This document shows positions 19,111-41,022 of a stretch of 64,000 nt of DNA, one piece after another. The notes under the pieces are model-generated. The model searched no databases, was not told where the DNA came from, and saw only the letters and a program-made list of their open reading frames with translations. The DNA is from the human T2T-CHM13v2.0 reference genome, Homo sapiens. The number at the start of each line of letters is the position of its first letter. Position 1 is the first letter of the stretch. Both the position numbers and the translations under genes were made by a program. The DNA lies in assembly GCF_009914755.1 (NCBI RefSeq), contig NC_060932.1; one strand, given 5' to 3'.

Positions 19111-20984
19111 CTTTTTCTCTACCTGAGTCTATTTTCAAACAAAATAGAGATTCTAAATCTCCCAGAAGCAGCGACTAGAGCTGCTCCCGTCCCCACTCTT
19201 GCCCCTTCCTGCTTTATATCCCGTCCTCACCCTGGGCCTGATGCCCTAAATTTATGGTGTCAGATTGTTCTATGCCTTTTTCTCCTGGCTCCTGTTAGCC
19301 AGGTGCCTCCTGTGTGAGTTACTGTAATAGCTGCAGGTAATAGAAAGGAAGAAGTCAGAGACCCCTCCCAGCACCCTACAAAAGCCTTTGGGGGACATGT
19401 TGGGCCCAGGACATGTTCCCTGCACTCTTTCCTTTGCAGTTAGTACTCATGTATGAGCCGAAGTCATATATTGCTAACAAAAAAACTAAATCCTTCATAA
19501 GAGAAGTTAGGGATGTATTGAATAATGGCCTCTTTGACACTTGGCCGATGATGCCCACTTCAAAAACTTTGGGTTTCAGAGGCCTGCCCGTCTCCTGTCC
19601 TAGCACTGCCAGAGCCACCTACTCAGTGTTACTTTTTTGGGTCTGTGATCCTGTTCCCTTTACCAGGTCATTGTACTGTGTTGTCCCTGGAGGAACAGCT
19701 TCTCCTCTTGTCTTGACAGTAGGGCTGGGGTTTTCCCTGGTTCAGCTGGGGAGACGTTTGCAGGTTAGAAAAAGGTCTCATGCGGCAGCGTGTGTGGCTG
19801 TTAGACGCTGATGGCACAACTTCCCTTTGCTGGCGTCGTGGCACCTGGCCTCTGGGACAGTATGAACCATAGGGGCTCAGGAAGAACCGCTTCCCCTCCA
19901 CCCCCATCCCTGATTCCTAGTGGCCCCTTAGATTTTGGGTACATCTTCCTTCAGGCTCACCTTCCTTCTTTTCAAAGTTCCTCAAGCCTGTTACTCATTT
20001 GTCAAGGCTGGGCTTCTCCTACAAAGCCCTCAACCTGCCCAGCCAGCAGCTGTGAGGCTGACTGAATATTTGGTGACCATATCACCCTTTCTGGTGCTGA
20101 AGCTCATGTCAGCTCCATTGGACAGTGTTATTCTGGGCTCTTCTCACTGTAGAGGACTGGAGCAGAAAGGGTTCCTTGGAAACCTGTGCTGGGAAGCCCT
20201 GTTTGGTCTAAGGCTAAGCTTTGGTTAACTCTGGGCTCCAGCCCTTTCTTCCTTTAAATAGCTGATGCACGGCCAGCAGGTCTCCATTCTCATCCTCTCT
20301 TTCTATTCTGTTTCTTTGGTTCAGAAATACTCTTCTGCTTTTTTTGGACGAACTCAATGGCCCGATGTTAGATATTGGGTATTTTTCAATCTTCTGTTTT
20401 CTGACCCTTCCAAGAAAGTTTGAGGAAGAACATGTACTGCTTTCACGTTCATTTCGCCCATTCAGATGTCTTGGCTTGAACCTTATGACTCCGTATCAAA
20501 GTCCTCACAACCTGTCTCAGATCCCTGATGCACAAATTAGGTCTTATTAATAAGTGTGGGAAAAGAGAGGAGAGTCCACCTTCTTGGTCAGGCCCCTGAG
20601 GCATGCATTTCTACCAAGGAATATGGACAGATGACAGAGGAGAAGAGCCCAAAGCCAAATTTATACATGAGTGCAAGTGGATGCAAATTTGTTGCTCCCT
20701 GCATCTGTGTATATGCTTTCTGTTAAATACAGAAAGAAGGAACAATAGGCTTGCACACTTTTCTAACTACATGTTTAAGTGGCAGAGTCCAGGCTGTCGA
20801 GTCACGGTTGGGTTTGAATCTGACTCCACCAGTAACTTTGGTTGGAAAAAATCACTTATCCTCTTTAAGCTTGATTTTATTTATTTTATTTTATGTAAGA
20901 GTGAGACAGTAGTAGCTTAATAGGGTTGCTTTTAAATTAGAGTGAACATGAGGCATTTATTCGGTGCCAGACAGATAACTGCCT

Positions 20985-21471
20985 ATAACAGGATGTGATC
21001 AGCACAAGTAACAGAAAATTAGCCTGACGGTGGCTTAAGCAATGGGAATGTTTATCTCACATAGCAAAAAGTCTGTAAATAGATGGTTCTAGAGTTGGGT
21101 GGAAGCCAAAATGTCATCAGGATTTCCTTGGAACCGTCTGCTTTGCCATCCTCAGTATTGCAGAATGGCTGCTCCTGCGCCAAGCATCATTCTGCAAATG
21201 ATGGTGTCCACAGCCAGAGTGGACAGTAGTACAGGAGCCTTCTCATTCTGCCCTTATCCGGGAATAACCGTCAGCAGCTCCAGCAACCTCCCCCCTGTCT
21301 CTTTATAGAGTGGGGCCACGTGCCCACTCTTGGACCAGGCCCTGGCAAAGGGGGATGGGTCGACTAGTGTATCCCCTGGCACTGAGCACACTTGCCCTTG
21401 AGCTGGGGTTTTGTTAGTAGGGAGGAAGCTGGAGTGGCAGTTGGATAGACAATTCATAGTAGCTGCTGCCA
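20985..21471 (-). mobile_element. Old MLT1 (K/L-type) MaLR LTR
   Basis: 'caagtaacagaaaa...tggcttaagcaa...tttatctcacatagcaaaaagtc...aatggctgc...ggggttttgttagtagggagga...tgcca' pattern. Confidence 0.6.
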
Positions 21472-21579
21472 TGTTCAAAAAATGCTGCAATGTAAAATCA
21501 TAAAGTATTCATCTAGGCATAACTTTTTAAAATATTCAGTCACCTTTTATTCTACTAAAATCAATTTTAACATTTTAGT

Positions 21580-22240
21580 GTATATTATTTTATTTTAGAT
21601 TCAGCAGGTACATGAGCATGTTAGTTTTGTTTTGTTTTGTTTTGTTCTGTTTTGTTTTTTGAGATGGAGTCTCACTCTGTCGCCCAGTGGTGTGATCTTG
21701 GCTTACTGCAACTCTGTCTCCCAGGTTCAAGTGATCCTCCCGCCTCAGCCCCCCAGATAGCTGGGATTACAGGCACATGCCACCACACCTGGCTAATTTT
21801 TGTATTTTTAGTAGAGACGGGAGTTTCACCATGTTGGCCAGGCTGGTCTCAAACTCCTCACCTCAAGTGATCTACCTGCCTCAGCCTCCCAAGTGCTGGG
21901 ATTACAGGCGTGAGCCACTGCGCCCAGCCACATGTGCGTGTTTGTGTATATTGCGTACTGGTGGGGATTGGGCTTCTGTCATACCTATCACCCAAATAGT
22001 GAACATTGTACTCAGGTAGCATTTCAACCCTTGCCCCCCCTCCCACTCACCCCCTTTTGGAGTGCCCAGTGTTTGCTATTTCCATCTTTATGTCCATAGG
22101 TACCCATTATTTAGCTCCCACTTATAAGTGAGAACATGTGCTATTTGATTTTCTGTTTCCGAGGTTAGGATAATTACCTCAAGCTCCATCCATGTGGCTG
22201 CAAAGCACATGATTTCATTGTATTTTATGACTGCTCATGT
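21580..22240 (-). mobile_element. L1PB-type 3' end, interrupted by an antisense Alu (21625-21929)
   Basis: 'atcacccaaatagtgaacattgtac...ttagctcccacttataagtgagaacatg...ctccatccatgtggctgcaaag'. Confidence 0.8.
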
Positions 22241-23085
22241 ATATTATTTCAGCCTCCAAAATTTTGTATGTTATTTATAATGATATAAATTATGTGGTTT
22301 TATCGTGTACTCTATCTCACTCAGAAATACATACAATTCTTCGTTCCCAGCTACTCTGGAGCTGAGGTGGGAGGATCACTTGAGCCCAGGAGTTCAAGAC
22401 CAGCCTGGGCAACATGGTGAAACCTTGTCTCTGAAAAATAAATAATACACACCCACATGCACACACATCCAGTTCTTCCATGTTAATGAGTATGTTGTGT
22501 TTCACATACTTCTGAATTAGCCGAAGGAATTAAAGGTAGCATCTTTTAATCCTCAGACTGCCCTGCGTGGTCCGATTGAATTGGGCAGTCAGCACTAGGC
22601 TCTTCAAAGGGAAACAGGCTTCTTTCTTAGGACGGTGCACAGTGAAAGAGTGGCACACACGCTGTTCATCCAGTGCTCCAACCCCCAGTCCTGGTGTCAG
22701 ATACTTCTACATTTGGGGCATTTCCCCTTGAGATGGCTGTGGCTAGCGACACATGATGTGAACACCTCTCTTGGATTGTGGTTCGGCCGCACAAGGCCCC
22801 ATCAGAGTTCTACAGGTGGAGTGTGGGGCCCAGAAGGGGCTCAGGTCTTAGGGGTGTCATCTGAAAAAACAGAGATGGTGATGGGACACCAGTTCTAGGA
22901 GCCCTCTGCATGGCCACTTTCTGCCTCAGCTCTTCTAAAGCATTTCTTCTGTTCCCTTCCATTGGGGTAACCACTGATCTGTCTTCCCAAAAACTGAGTC
23001 AGAAGTTGGACTTTGTTACTTGGCTCATCTACATTTAAGATATAGTCAGAAAAAAAATGCAGTCTTTACATCTTAAGAAAGCTTA

Positions 23086-23448
<363 letters not shown>

Positions 23449-24071
23449 TTATCTTGTGTGTTTTCCAGGGCGTGCATGAGGTTTCACTGGACAAGTAGAA
23501 ACCATTCTAGGTATTCAGAAAGAGTTAATACAAGAAGAGAAGTTTATAGACTCGTTGGAAGGCTGGAGGAGTGAGCCATAGGTTAAGCATCCAGGAATCA
23601 GCACCCCCTAGAACAGATGGTGAGGGAGCTACACCCTCTGCCACAATCAGGAGGGTGGAGACTCAAGCTCGACTGAGTTCCGGAACACAACACACTGCCA
23701 CAGCTGCCAGCCAGGGGTGAGGGAATCCCACAGCCCCAGCTGCCTCTGGGGAACCATACAGCTGTAGCTGGACCCTGGCACACCTGAAGAAAGTGCCTGC
23801 TGTGTGCTAGGCACCCTGCAGGAGTTAGGAAAGCAGTGGTTAGGGGCTGTGTCCTGCTGGAGGAGCCTGCACTCTAGTGAGGGAGACAGGATAAGCTTAA
23901 GGAAGGACGTTAAAAGGTGACAAGAGTTTGGGAACTTGCAGGGAGCAGGGGATTCTGGGTGGTGGCGGGCATGTTGCAGCAAGTAGGGTAGGTCTCCTTG
24001 AGAGGGTATCGTTTGAGGAAGTGAACCAGCGGGATCAGATGCAGGTGGGGAGAGTGCTCTGGGCTGAGTGA

Positions 24072-24299
<228 letters not shown>

Positions 24300-25217
24300 T
24301 GAGTAGCTGGGATTACAGGCACCCGCTACCAAGCCCAGCTAATTTTTGTATTTTTAGTAGAGACAGGGTTTCACCAGGTTGGCCAGGCTGGTCTCAAATG
24401 CCTAACCTCAGGTGATCCACCCGCCTCGGCCTCCCAAAGTGTTCGAATTACAGGCGTGAGCCACCACACCCAGCCCGGCTTTATTCTTAAAGTGACCTGG
24501 TGAGCCAGCTGGTGTGGAGATGAGGCGGGAAGCAGGGCTGATGGAGTCCCTGGACAGTGGATGGCAGTGGCTTGGCCAGGCCGCTAACAGCAGGGGCACT
24601 GGGAAGTGATTGGATTCTAGATACTGATTTCAAGGGTAGCACACACGTGATCTGCTGATAGATTCCATGTCAGGTGTGAGAGGGAGGAGAGTCAAGCTCA
24701 TCCACAGCTCTGGCAGCGGAAGACGGCCAAAGTGAAGAAGGTGGCCTCAAGTTTACCTCCACCTTCCAAACCTCAACTGGTAAAACCTCATGCATGCCCA
24801 GAATGCTAGCACAAGAGATTTAGGGAAATGTGGGTATTTTGCTTTCTGGCCCTGCAGTTCAGGTTCCACCTTATAAAATGGGAGTGGCGTGGGTGGTGGG
24901 CGCCACCAGCCATATTCACGGGAGTTAGCATAAGGGTTCACAGTTTGAGTGAAGCTTCCTGAGACTGTGCCGTGCTGCCAACACAGTTCTCTCCGATTCA
25001 TTCCCTCAAAACAGTATATTCCCAATGAAAGCACGACCAGTACTTAAACTAGCCATGTTCAGTGTGGCTCTCAGACCTTTCCCCAGGGCAAGATGATCAC
25101 AAGAATTCCTTTAGGAACGTCTCTTAAATTGTACAACTAAAGTTTAATGGTTATATTAGAATCCGTCTTCGTACTATGAAAATTCACCCAACTGATCTCC
25201 CATTTCTGGGATATTTA

Positions 25218-25583
<366 letters not shown>

Positions 25584-26216
25584 TCAATTATTTCCTTAGG
25601 AGTCTCTATTTAAAATGGTTTTCCTGACCAGACTGGGCAATGTAGCAAGACCTGGTCTCTAGAAAAAAAAAATTTTTTTTAATTAACTGGGCATGGTGAT
25701 ATGAGGTTATATAGCGCCAGCTACTCTGAAGGCTGACGTGCGAGGATCAGTTGAGCCCAGGAGTTTGTTAAGTCCAATCCTATGAGATTTTTAAGGATTT
25801 TGATAGATTTTTCCCTCCAGAATGTTTGCATCTATTCACATGTGCATCAGCAGTGCATTTGTAGTTAAATGTGTAGTTAACGTTCTGTTTTTAAAACTAT
25901 ACAAATGTTGGGCCAGGCGCCATGGTTCCTGCCTGTAATCCCAGCACTTGGGAGGCCAAGGTGGGTGGATCACTTGAGGCCAGGAGTTTGAGACCAGCCT
26001 GGCCAAAATGGTGAAACCCTATCACTACAAAAAATAAAAAATTAGCTGGGCCCATGGTGGCACGCGCCTGTAATCCCAGCTACTCAGGTAACTGAGGCCC
26101 AAGAATTGCCTGAACCAGAGAATTGCTTGAAGCCAGGAGGCGGAGGTTGCAGTGAGCTGAGATCACGCCACTACACTCCAGCCTGGGGGACAGCGTGAAA
26201 CTGTGTCTCAAAAAAA

Positions 26217-26260
<44 letters not shown>

Positions 26261-26467
26261 GTACATGTGTGTGTGCATGTGTGCAAATGTTGGGCCAGGC
26301 AGCGTGGTTCCTGCCTGTAATCCCAGCACTTTGGGAGGCCAAGGTGGGCGGATCACCTGAGGTCAGGAGTTCGAGACAAGCCTAACTAACATGGAGAAAC
26401 CCTGTCTCTACTAAAAATATAAAGTTAGCCGGGTGTGGTGGTGCATGCCTGTAATCCCAGCTACTCA

Positions 26468-26572
<105 letters not shown>

Positions 26573-26704
26573 TCAAAAAAAAAAAAGAAAAGAAAATATG
26601 GTAAATGCGTGATTTTTATTAAATATATAAACTGATACAATGTGAGTGCTGAAGAAAAAATTCTTATTTCTATGGAAACTAAGGTAAAGGCTTTGGCAAG
26701 ATTA

Positions 26705-26848
<144 letters not shown>

Positions 26849-26851
26849 CTA

Positions 26852-26989
<138 letters not shown>

Positions 26990-27211
26990 TCAAAAAAAAT
27001 AAAAAAAATAAAAATGATGTGATAGAGGCTGTTGGTTGTTCCTCAATATCCAAATATCCACTCTTTCCTTCTTCCATGATAATGAGCCTTGACTTTTAGG
27101 AGGGCACGTACTCATTCAATACAAAGACCACATTCTCAGCCTCTTTTGAGAGCAGAGGTGACTCTATCATTACTTTCTGGACAATGGCATGTAATCATAA
27201 ACATGGGGCAG

Positions 27212-27577
27212 TGCTAAGGTTTGGATGTTTGTCACCTTCCAAAATTCATGTTGAAATTTAGTCCCCAGTGCAACAGTACTAAGAGGCGGGACCATTAGGA
27301 GGTGATCTGACCGTGAGGGCTCCCACCTCGTGGATGGGATTAGTGCCCTCATTAAAGGGCTTGAGGGAATGTTTGTCCCTTTTCCACCTTCCACCATGTG
27401 AGGACATAGCAACAAGGCATCATGCTTGAAGCAGAGAGGGCAAGCCCACAACAGCCACTAAATCTGCTGGCATCTTGATCTTGGACTTCCCAGCCTCCAG
27501 AACTGTGAGAAATAAATCTCTATTTACAAATTACCCAGTCTGTGGTATTTGTAACAGCAGCCAGATGGACTAAGACA
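27212..27577 (+). mobile_element. MST/MLT1A-type MaLR solo LTR, nested in an older MLT1 LTR (from ~27018)
   Basis: TG...CA ends 'tgctaaggtttggatg' and 'ggactaagaca'; 'cttggacttcccagcctccagaactgtgagaaataaa'; near-matching 5-bp TSD ggcag/gggag. Confidence 0.8.
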
Positions 27578-28000
27578 GGGAGCTCCCAGGAGCTTTCCTT
27601 AAAGGAGACATGATACATGCCTCTGTTAGTTGGCAGGGGTGGGGGAATTATGAACCTTTATTTAAAGATTTATTTTTAAAAATAAAATAAGTAAAACAAA
27701 CTACCATTCTCCTTGTCTGTTTACTCTACCATTCCCCTTTTCCTATGTCCTCAAGCCTCCAACGCCTCTCCCCAGTTCTCACTCTCAGCTGAGAACACTG
27801 CTTCTCAGTGCATTAAGAAAATAGAAGCAATCAGCCAGGCGCAGTGGCTCATGCCTGTAATCCCAGCATTTTGGGAGGCCGAGGCAGGTGGATGACCTGA
27901 GGTCAGGAGTTCCAGAGCAGCCTGGCCAACATGGTGAAACCCCATCTCCACTAAAAATACAAAAATGAGCCAGGCATGGTGGCGGGTGCCTGTAATCTCA

Positions 28001-28489
<489 letters not shown>

Positions 28490-28740
28490 CTAGAGCAAAA
28501 CTCCTATCTCAAAAAAAAAAAAAAAGGAAACCTATGGATGAACTGCCTGCTCCTCCCTGAGACAAGACCCTTCAGTGGGCCTTAGATCCCATTCCCTCTT
28601 GTCCACTCAAAGGATACGGCTCCAGCAAACACCTCCCTCACCCACTTACCCACACATATTGATCCCCTTCACACACATATAGACCACTCCCATATTCACC
28701 CACTCCCCACACATATAGACCAGCCCCACAGGATACAAAG

Positions 28741-29160
28741 CAGTAGTCCCCTCCTATCTGCAGGGGACAAGTTCCAAGACCCCCAGTGGATATTTGAAAC
28801 TGGAAAGCACTGAGCCCTAGATATACTATGTTTTTTCCTACTCATACATACCTATGATGAAGTTTAATTTATAATTTAGCACATTAAGAGATTAACAGCA
28901 GTAAGGAGAACAATTATAACAATATACTGTAATAAAAGTTATGTAAATGTGGTTCTCTCTCAACATCTTATTGTACTCATCCTTGTGATGATGTGAGATG
29001 GTACAATGCCTTTGTGATGAGATGAGGTGAGTGGCATGGTCATTGGGGCACAGTGTTAGGCTACTACAGACTTTTGAAGATACATCAGTAGGAGGATCAT
29101 CTGCTTCAGGTGATCCTGGACTACTGAGCCATGACAATGTAGATGGTTTATGTCAGGGGC
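28741..29160 (+). mobile_element. MER44 (Tigger7-family) DNA transposon
   Basis: Begins 'cagtagtcccctcctatctgcagggg...ttccaagacccccagtgga', with the internal MER44 segment 'catacctatgatgaagtttaatttataa'. Confidence 0.75.
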
Positions 29161-29308
29161 TATGTGTGTGCCTTGCCTCCTTTCCTGGTACTTCCTCATC
29201 TCTCCAGCTCTAAATATGGAATGCCCAGGGCTCAGGCCTTTCAAGGTTTCTCTTATCTGTCTACCCTGCTTCCCTCAGCAATCTCAGCCAGAATCATGGC
29301 TTTAAACT

Positions 29309-29339
<31 letters not shown>

Positions 29340-29817
29340 GACGGAGTCTCACTCTGTTGCCCAGGCTGGAGTGCAGTGGTGTGATCACGGCTCACTGCAA
29401 ACTCCCCTCCTGGGTTCACGCCATTCTCCCGCCTCAGCCTCGTAGCTGGGACTACAGGCGCCCACCACCACGCCCAGCCAATTTTTTTGTATTTTTAGTA
29501 GAGACGGGGTTTCACTACATTGGCCAGGCTGGTCTTGAACTCCTGACCTCGTGATCCGCCCACCTTGGCCTCCCAAAGTGCTAAGATGACAGGCATGAGC
29601 CACCGCGCTCGGCCAGCTTTAAACTTCCTATGTCTAGTGAGCTGTGATCGTACCACTGCACTCCAGCCTGGGTGACAAAGCAAGATCCTGTCTCAAATAA
29701 AAGGAGAAAGAGAATGGGGAGGTGGACGGCTCACTGCAGCCTCGACCTCCCAGACTCAACAATCCTCCCACGTCAGCCCCCTGAGTAGCTAGGATTATGG
29801 CTAATTAAAAAAAATAA

Positions 29818-30012
<195 letters not shown>

Positions 30013-30092
30013 TAGTACTTACTAAATAAAAACTGTCTTCACTGCTTTAACTGGTGTCTGGCTTTTTAATTTTTAATTTTCTTTTTTTTTAG

Positions 30093-30257
<165 letters not shown>

Positions 30258-31176
30258 TAGAGAGAGGGGCCTCACTATGTTGCCCAGGCTGATCTCAAAC
30301 TCCAGGCCTCAAGTGATTCTCCTCCCTCAGCCTCCCAAAGCACGGGGATTACAGGCATGAGAAACTGTGCCTGGCCTGGCTTTGTTTCTTTGACAATTCT
30401 AACAAACTTAAAAAAAAAATCCTGAGACAATTAGGGACATTTGTATATTGGCTAGATATTTGATAATATTAAATGATTGTTGTTCATTCTTTTGAGCTGT
30501 GATAATGGTGTTGTGGTTATGTTTTTCAAAATAATCCAAAGAAATTTATCCAGACTATTAGCATCTCTCCCCACTTCCAGCACTACCACTCTTGGCCAAA
30601 CATCCTTTGATCAGATAACAGATTTTTACATTTGCCTCTTTTTTTCTTTCTTTTTTTTTTTTAGGCAGGCACACATCACCATGCCTATCTAATTTCTATA
30701 TTTTTTGTAGAGACAGGGTTCAGCATGTCGGTTGCCCAAGCTGATCTCAAAATCCTGGGCTCAATGAATCCTCCCGCCTCAGCCTCCCAAAGTGCTGGGA
30801 TTACAGGGATGAGCTACTACGCCCGGCCCCATTTGCCTCTTCAATGATACATCACCCCCTCCTACCCACCGCCCGTCTGTTCAGTCTGTTACAGAAGTTA
30901 GCATGGGACCCTCCTGGGGCCCCTGGGGCCTCATGTCCCACTCTCCTCCCAGGCCATCCCACTCCAGTCGCACAGGTCTTGCTACTTCTGTCGCACAGCA
31001 GGCTGGTTCCAGGTGCAGAGCTTTCCCATTACTTTCCCCCCTGCCTAGAACTTGCTTTCCCCAGATAGCTGCATGTCTTGTTTCCTCCATTTCTTCGGGT
31101 CTCTGAGACTTTCCTGACCACCCTACATAAATTAGTAAACTCCCATCCCTGACACTCTTTTTTTTTTTTTTTTTAA

Positions 31177-31405
<229 letters not shown>

Positions 31406-31989
31406 TGAACTCCTGGCCTCAAGTGATCCACCCACCTCAGCCTCCCAAAAAGTGCTGAGATTACAGGAGTGAGCCGCTCCTGGCCTCTGACAGTCTTTAC
31501 ACCCCTTTTCTTGTTTTCTTTTTCTTTTTCTTTGTTTTCTTTTTCTCCATAGCACTTACATACCATGTATTTCCTTTTCCTGTCGATATTCCCCCTAGAA
31601 CACAAGCTATAGAGTAGAGATGGTTTTGTTCATGCCTGTATCCCCAGGACTTCTAATTTCTTGCCCATAATAGGCACCAAATAAGTGCTGGTTGAAAGAA
31701 TAGAGGCATGACTATTATTGCGTGAATGCTGCAAGTATGCACTAAAGAATCTGTAACCACATTTCTGAGCATATAGAGAAAGAAAACTGATAATGGCTGG
31801 AAAGTCTCCTAGCTTCCTCCCAGCGGAAGAATGTCCCTCACTTTTCCAGGACACTGACCTCGTAGGGTACGGCTTTGAGTCTATTCAACATACAGTCCTT
31901 GTGGCTCCCCAAGCTACGTGTACAATGGGCACTGGTGTTTTACATCAATGTCCTGTGAATGCTCATAAAGGCTGAAGGGCATTCTACCC

Positions 31990-39400
<7,411 letters not shown>

Positions 39401-39404
39401 TTAT

Positions 39405-39925
39405 TCTATTAGTCAGACAGGCCTGCCATAACAAATTGCCACAGACTGGGTGGCCTCAGCAACACACATTTGTTTTCTCACAGCTCTGGAGACTATGATT
39501 CTATGATCAAGGTGCTGGCAAATTTGATTTCTGGTGAGTACCATCTCCCTAGTTTATAGATGGCCGCCATCTTGCTGTGTCCTCACATGGCCTTGTCTCT
39601 GTGCTTCCATGAAGAGAGAGGGATAGAGATAGAGAAAGATCTCATGTCTTTCTCTTCTGATAAGGACACAAATCCTATCAGATTAGAGCTCCTCCTTACC
39701 TCATTTATGTTAATTATCTCCCTACATACTTTATCTCCAAATACAGGGGATTAGGGCTTCAACATAGGTTTTGCAAGGAGGACACAATTCACTCCCTAAC
39801 ATTCCTCCCTCTGTCCCCCGCAAATTCATGTTCTTCTCACATGCAACACATTCGCCCCATCCTAACAGCCCCCAAAGTCTTACACCGTTTCAGTATCAAT
39901 TGCAAGTCTAAGATCTCATCTAAAT
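39405..39925 (-). mobile_element. MLT1A/B-type MaLR LTR (39405-39801) plus adjacent internal fragment
   Basis: 'ctgccataacaaattgccacagactgggtggc...tctcacagctctggag...atcaaggtgctggca...tgtgtcctcacatggcc...gacacaattca'. Confidence 0.8.
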
Positions 39926-39926
39926 A

Positions 39927-40280
39927 CAATAGGCCCTCCCTATCCACGGGTTCTGCATCCATGGATTAAACCAACCACAAATCAAAAATATTTGGAAAAA
40001 ACAAAAAGGATGGCTGCATCAGTACTGAACAGGTGCAGACTTTTTTCTTGTAATTATTCCCTAAACAATACAGTGTAACAACTATTTATGTAGCATTTAC
40101 ACTGTATTTGGTATTATAATTCATCTAGAGACAATTTAAAGTATACAGGGAAATGTGCATAGGTTATATGCAAATATAAAATACACCATTTTATATAAGA
40201 GACTTGAGCATCTGTGAATTTTGGTATCCATGGAGGGAGGTCCTAAAAACCAATACTCTGCAGATACTGAAGGACAAATT
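39927..40280 (-). mobile_element. MER2 (Tigger) DNA transposon
   Basis: Reverse complement of MER2: 'ggccctccctatccacgggttctgcatccatggatt...ataggttatatgcaaata...gacttgagcatctgtgaattttggtatcc'. Confidence 0.8.
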
Positions 40281-40384
40281 CCATTAAATTTTACGGCTCC
40301 AGTCAGGGGTGGTGGCTCACACCCATAAGCCACTGAGTTCAAGACCAGCCTGGGCAATATGGTGAAACCCTGTCTCTACTAAAG

Positions 40385-40656
40385 GGCTTATTAGTTCCAA
40401 CAAGAGCTGGTTGTTAAAAAGAACCTAGCGCTTCCCTCCCCTCTCTTGCTTCCTCTCTCTCCATGTAATCTCTGCACAGGCCGGGTCTCTTTGCCTTCTG
40501 CCATGAGTGGAAGCACCCTGAGGTCCTCACCAGGTGTCCAGTCTTGAACCTTCCAGCCAGCATAACCATGAGCTCGATAAACCTCTTTTCTTTATAAATT
40601 ACCCAGCCTCAGGTATTCCTTTATAGTAACACTAAAGGGACTAATGGACTGACACA
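40385..40656 (+). mobile_element. MST-type MaLR LTR, 3' half
   Basis: 'ctgccatgagtggaagc...ataaacctcttttctttataaattacccagcctcaggtattcctttatag'. Confidence 0.75.
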
Positions 40657-40698
40657 GGTCCACTCACATCTTTTGGCCCCCCCCCCCTTTTTTTTTGA

Positions 40699-41022
<324 letters not shown>

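Noticed and set aside
18473-19120. miR-320a target site in the POLR3D proximal 3' UTR (feedback loop)
   Set aside because: I found no CAGCTTT/AGCTTT seed match in the proximal UTR; only a 6-mer at ~20217 in the putative extension.
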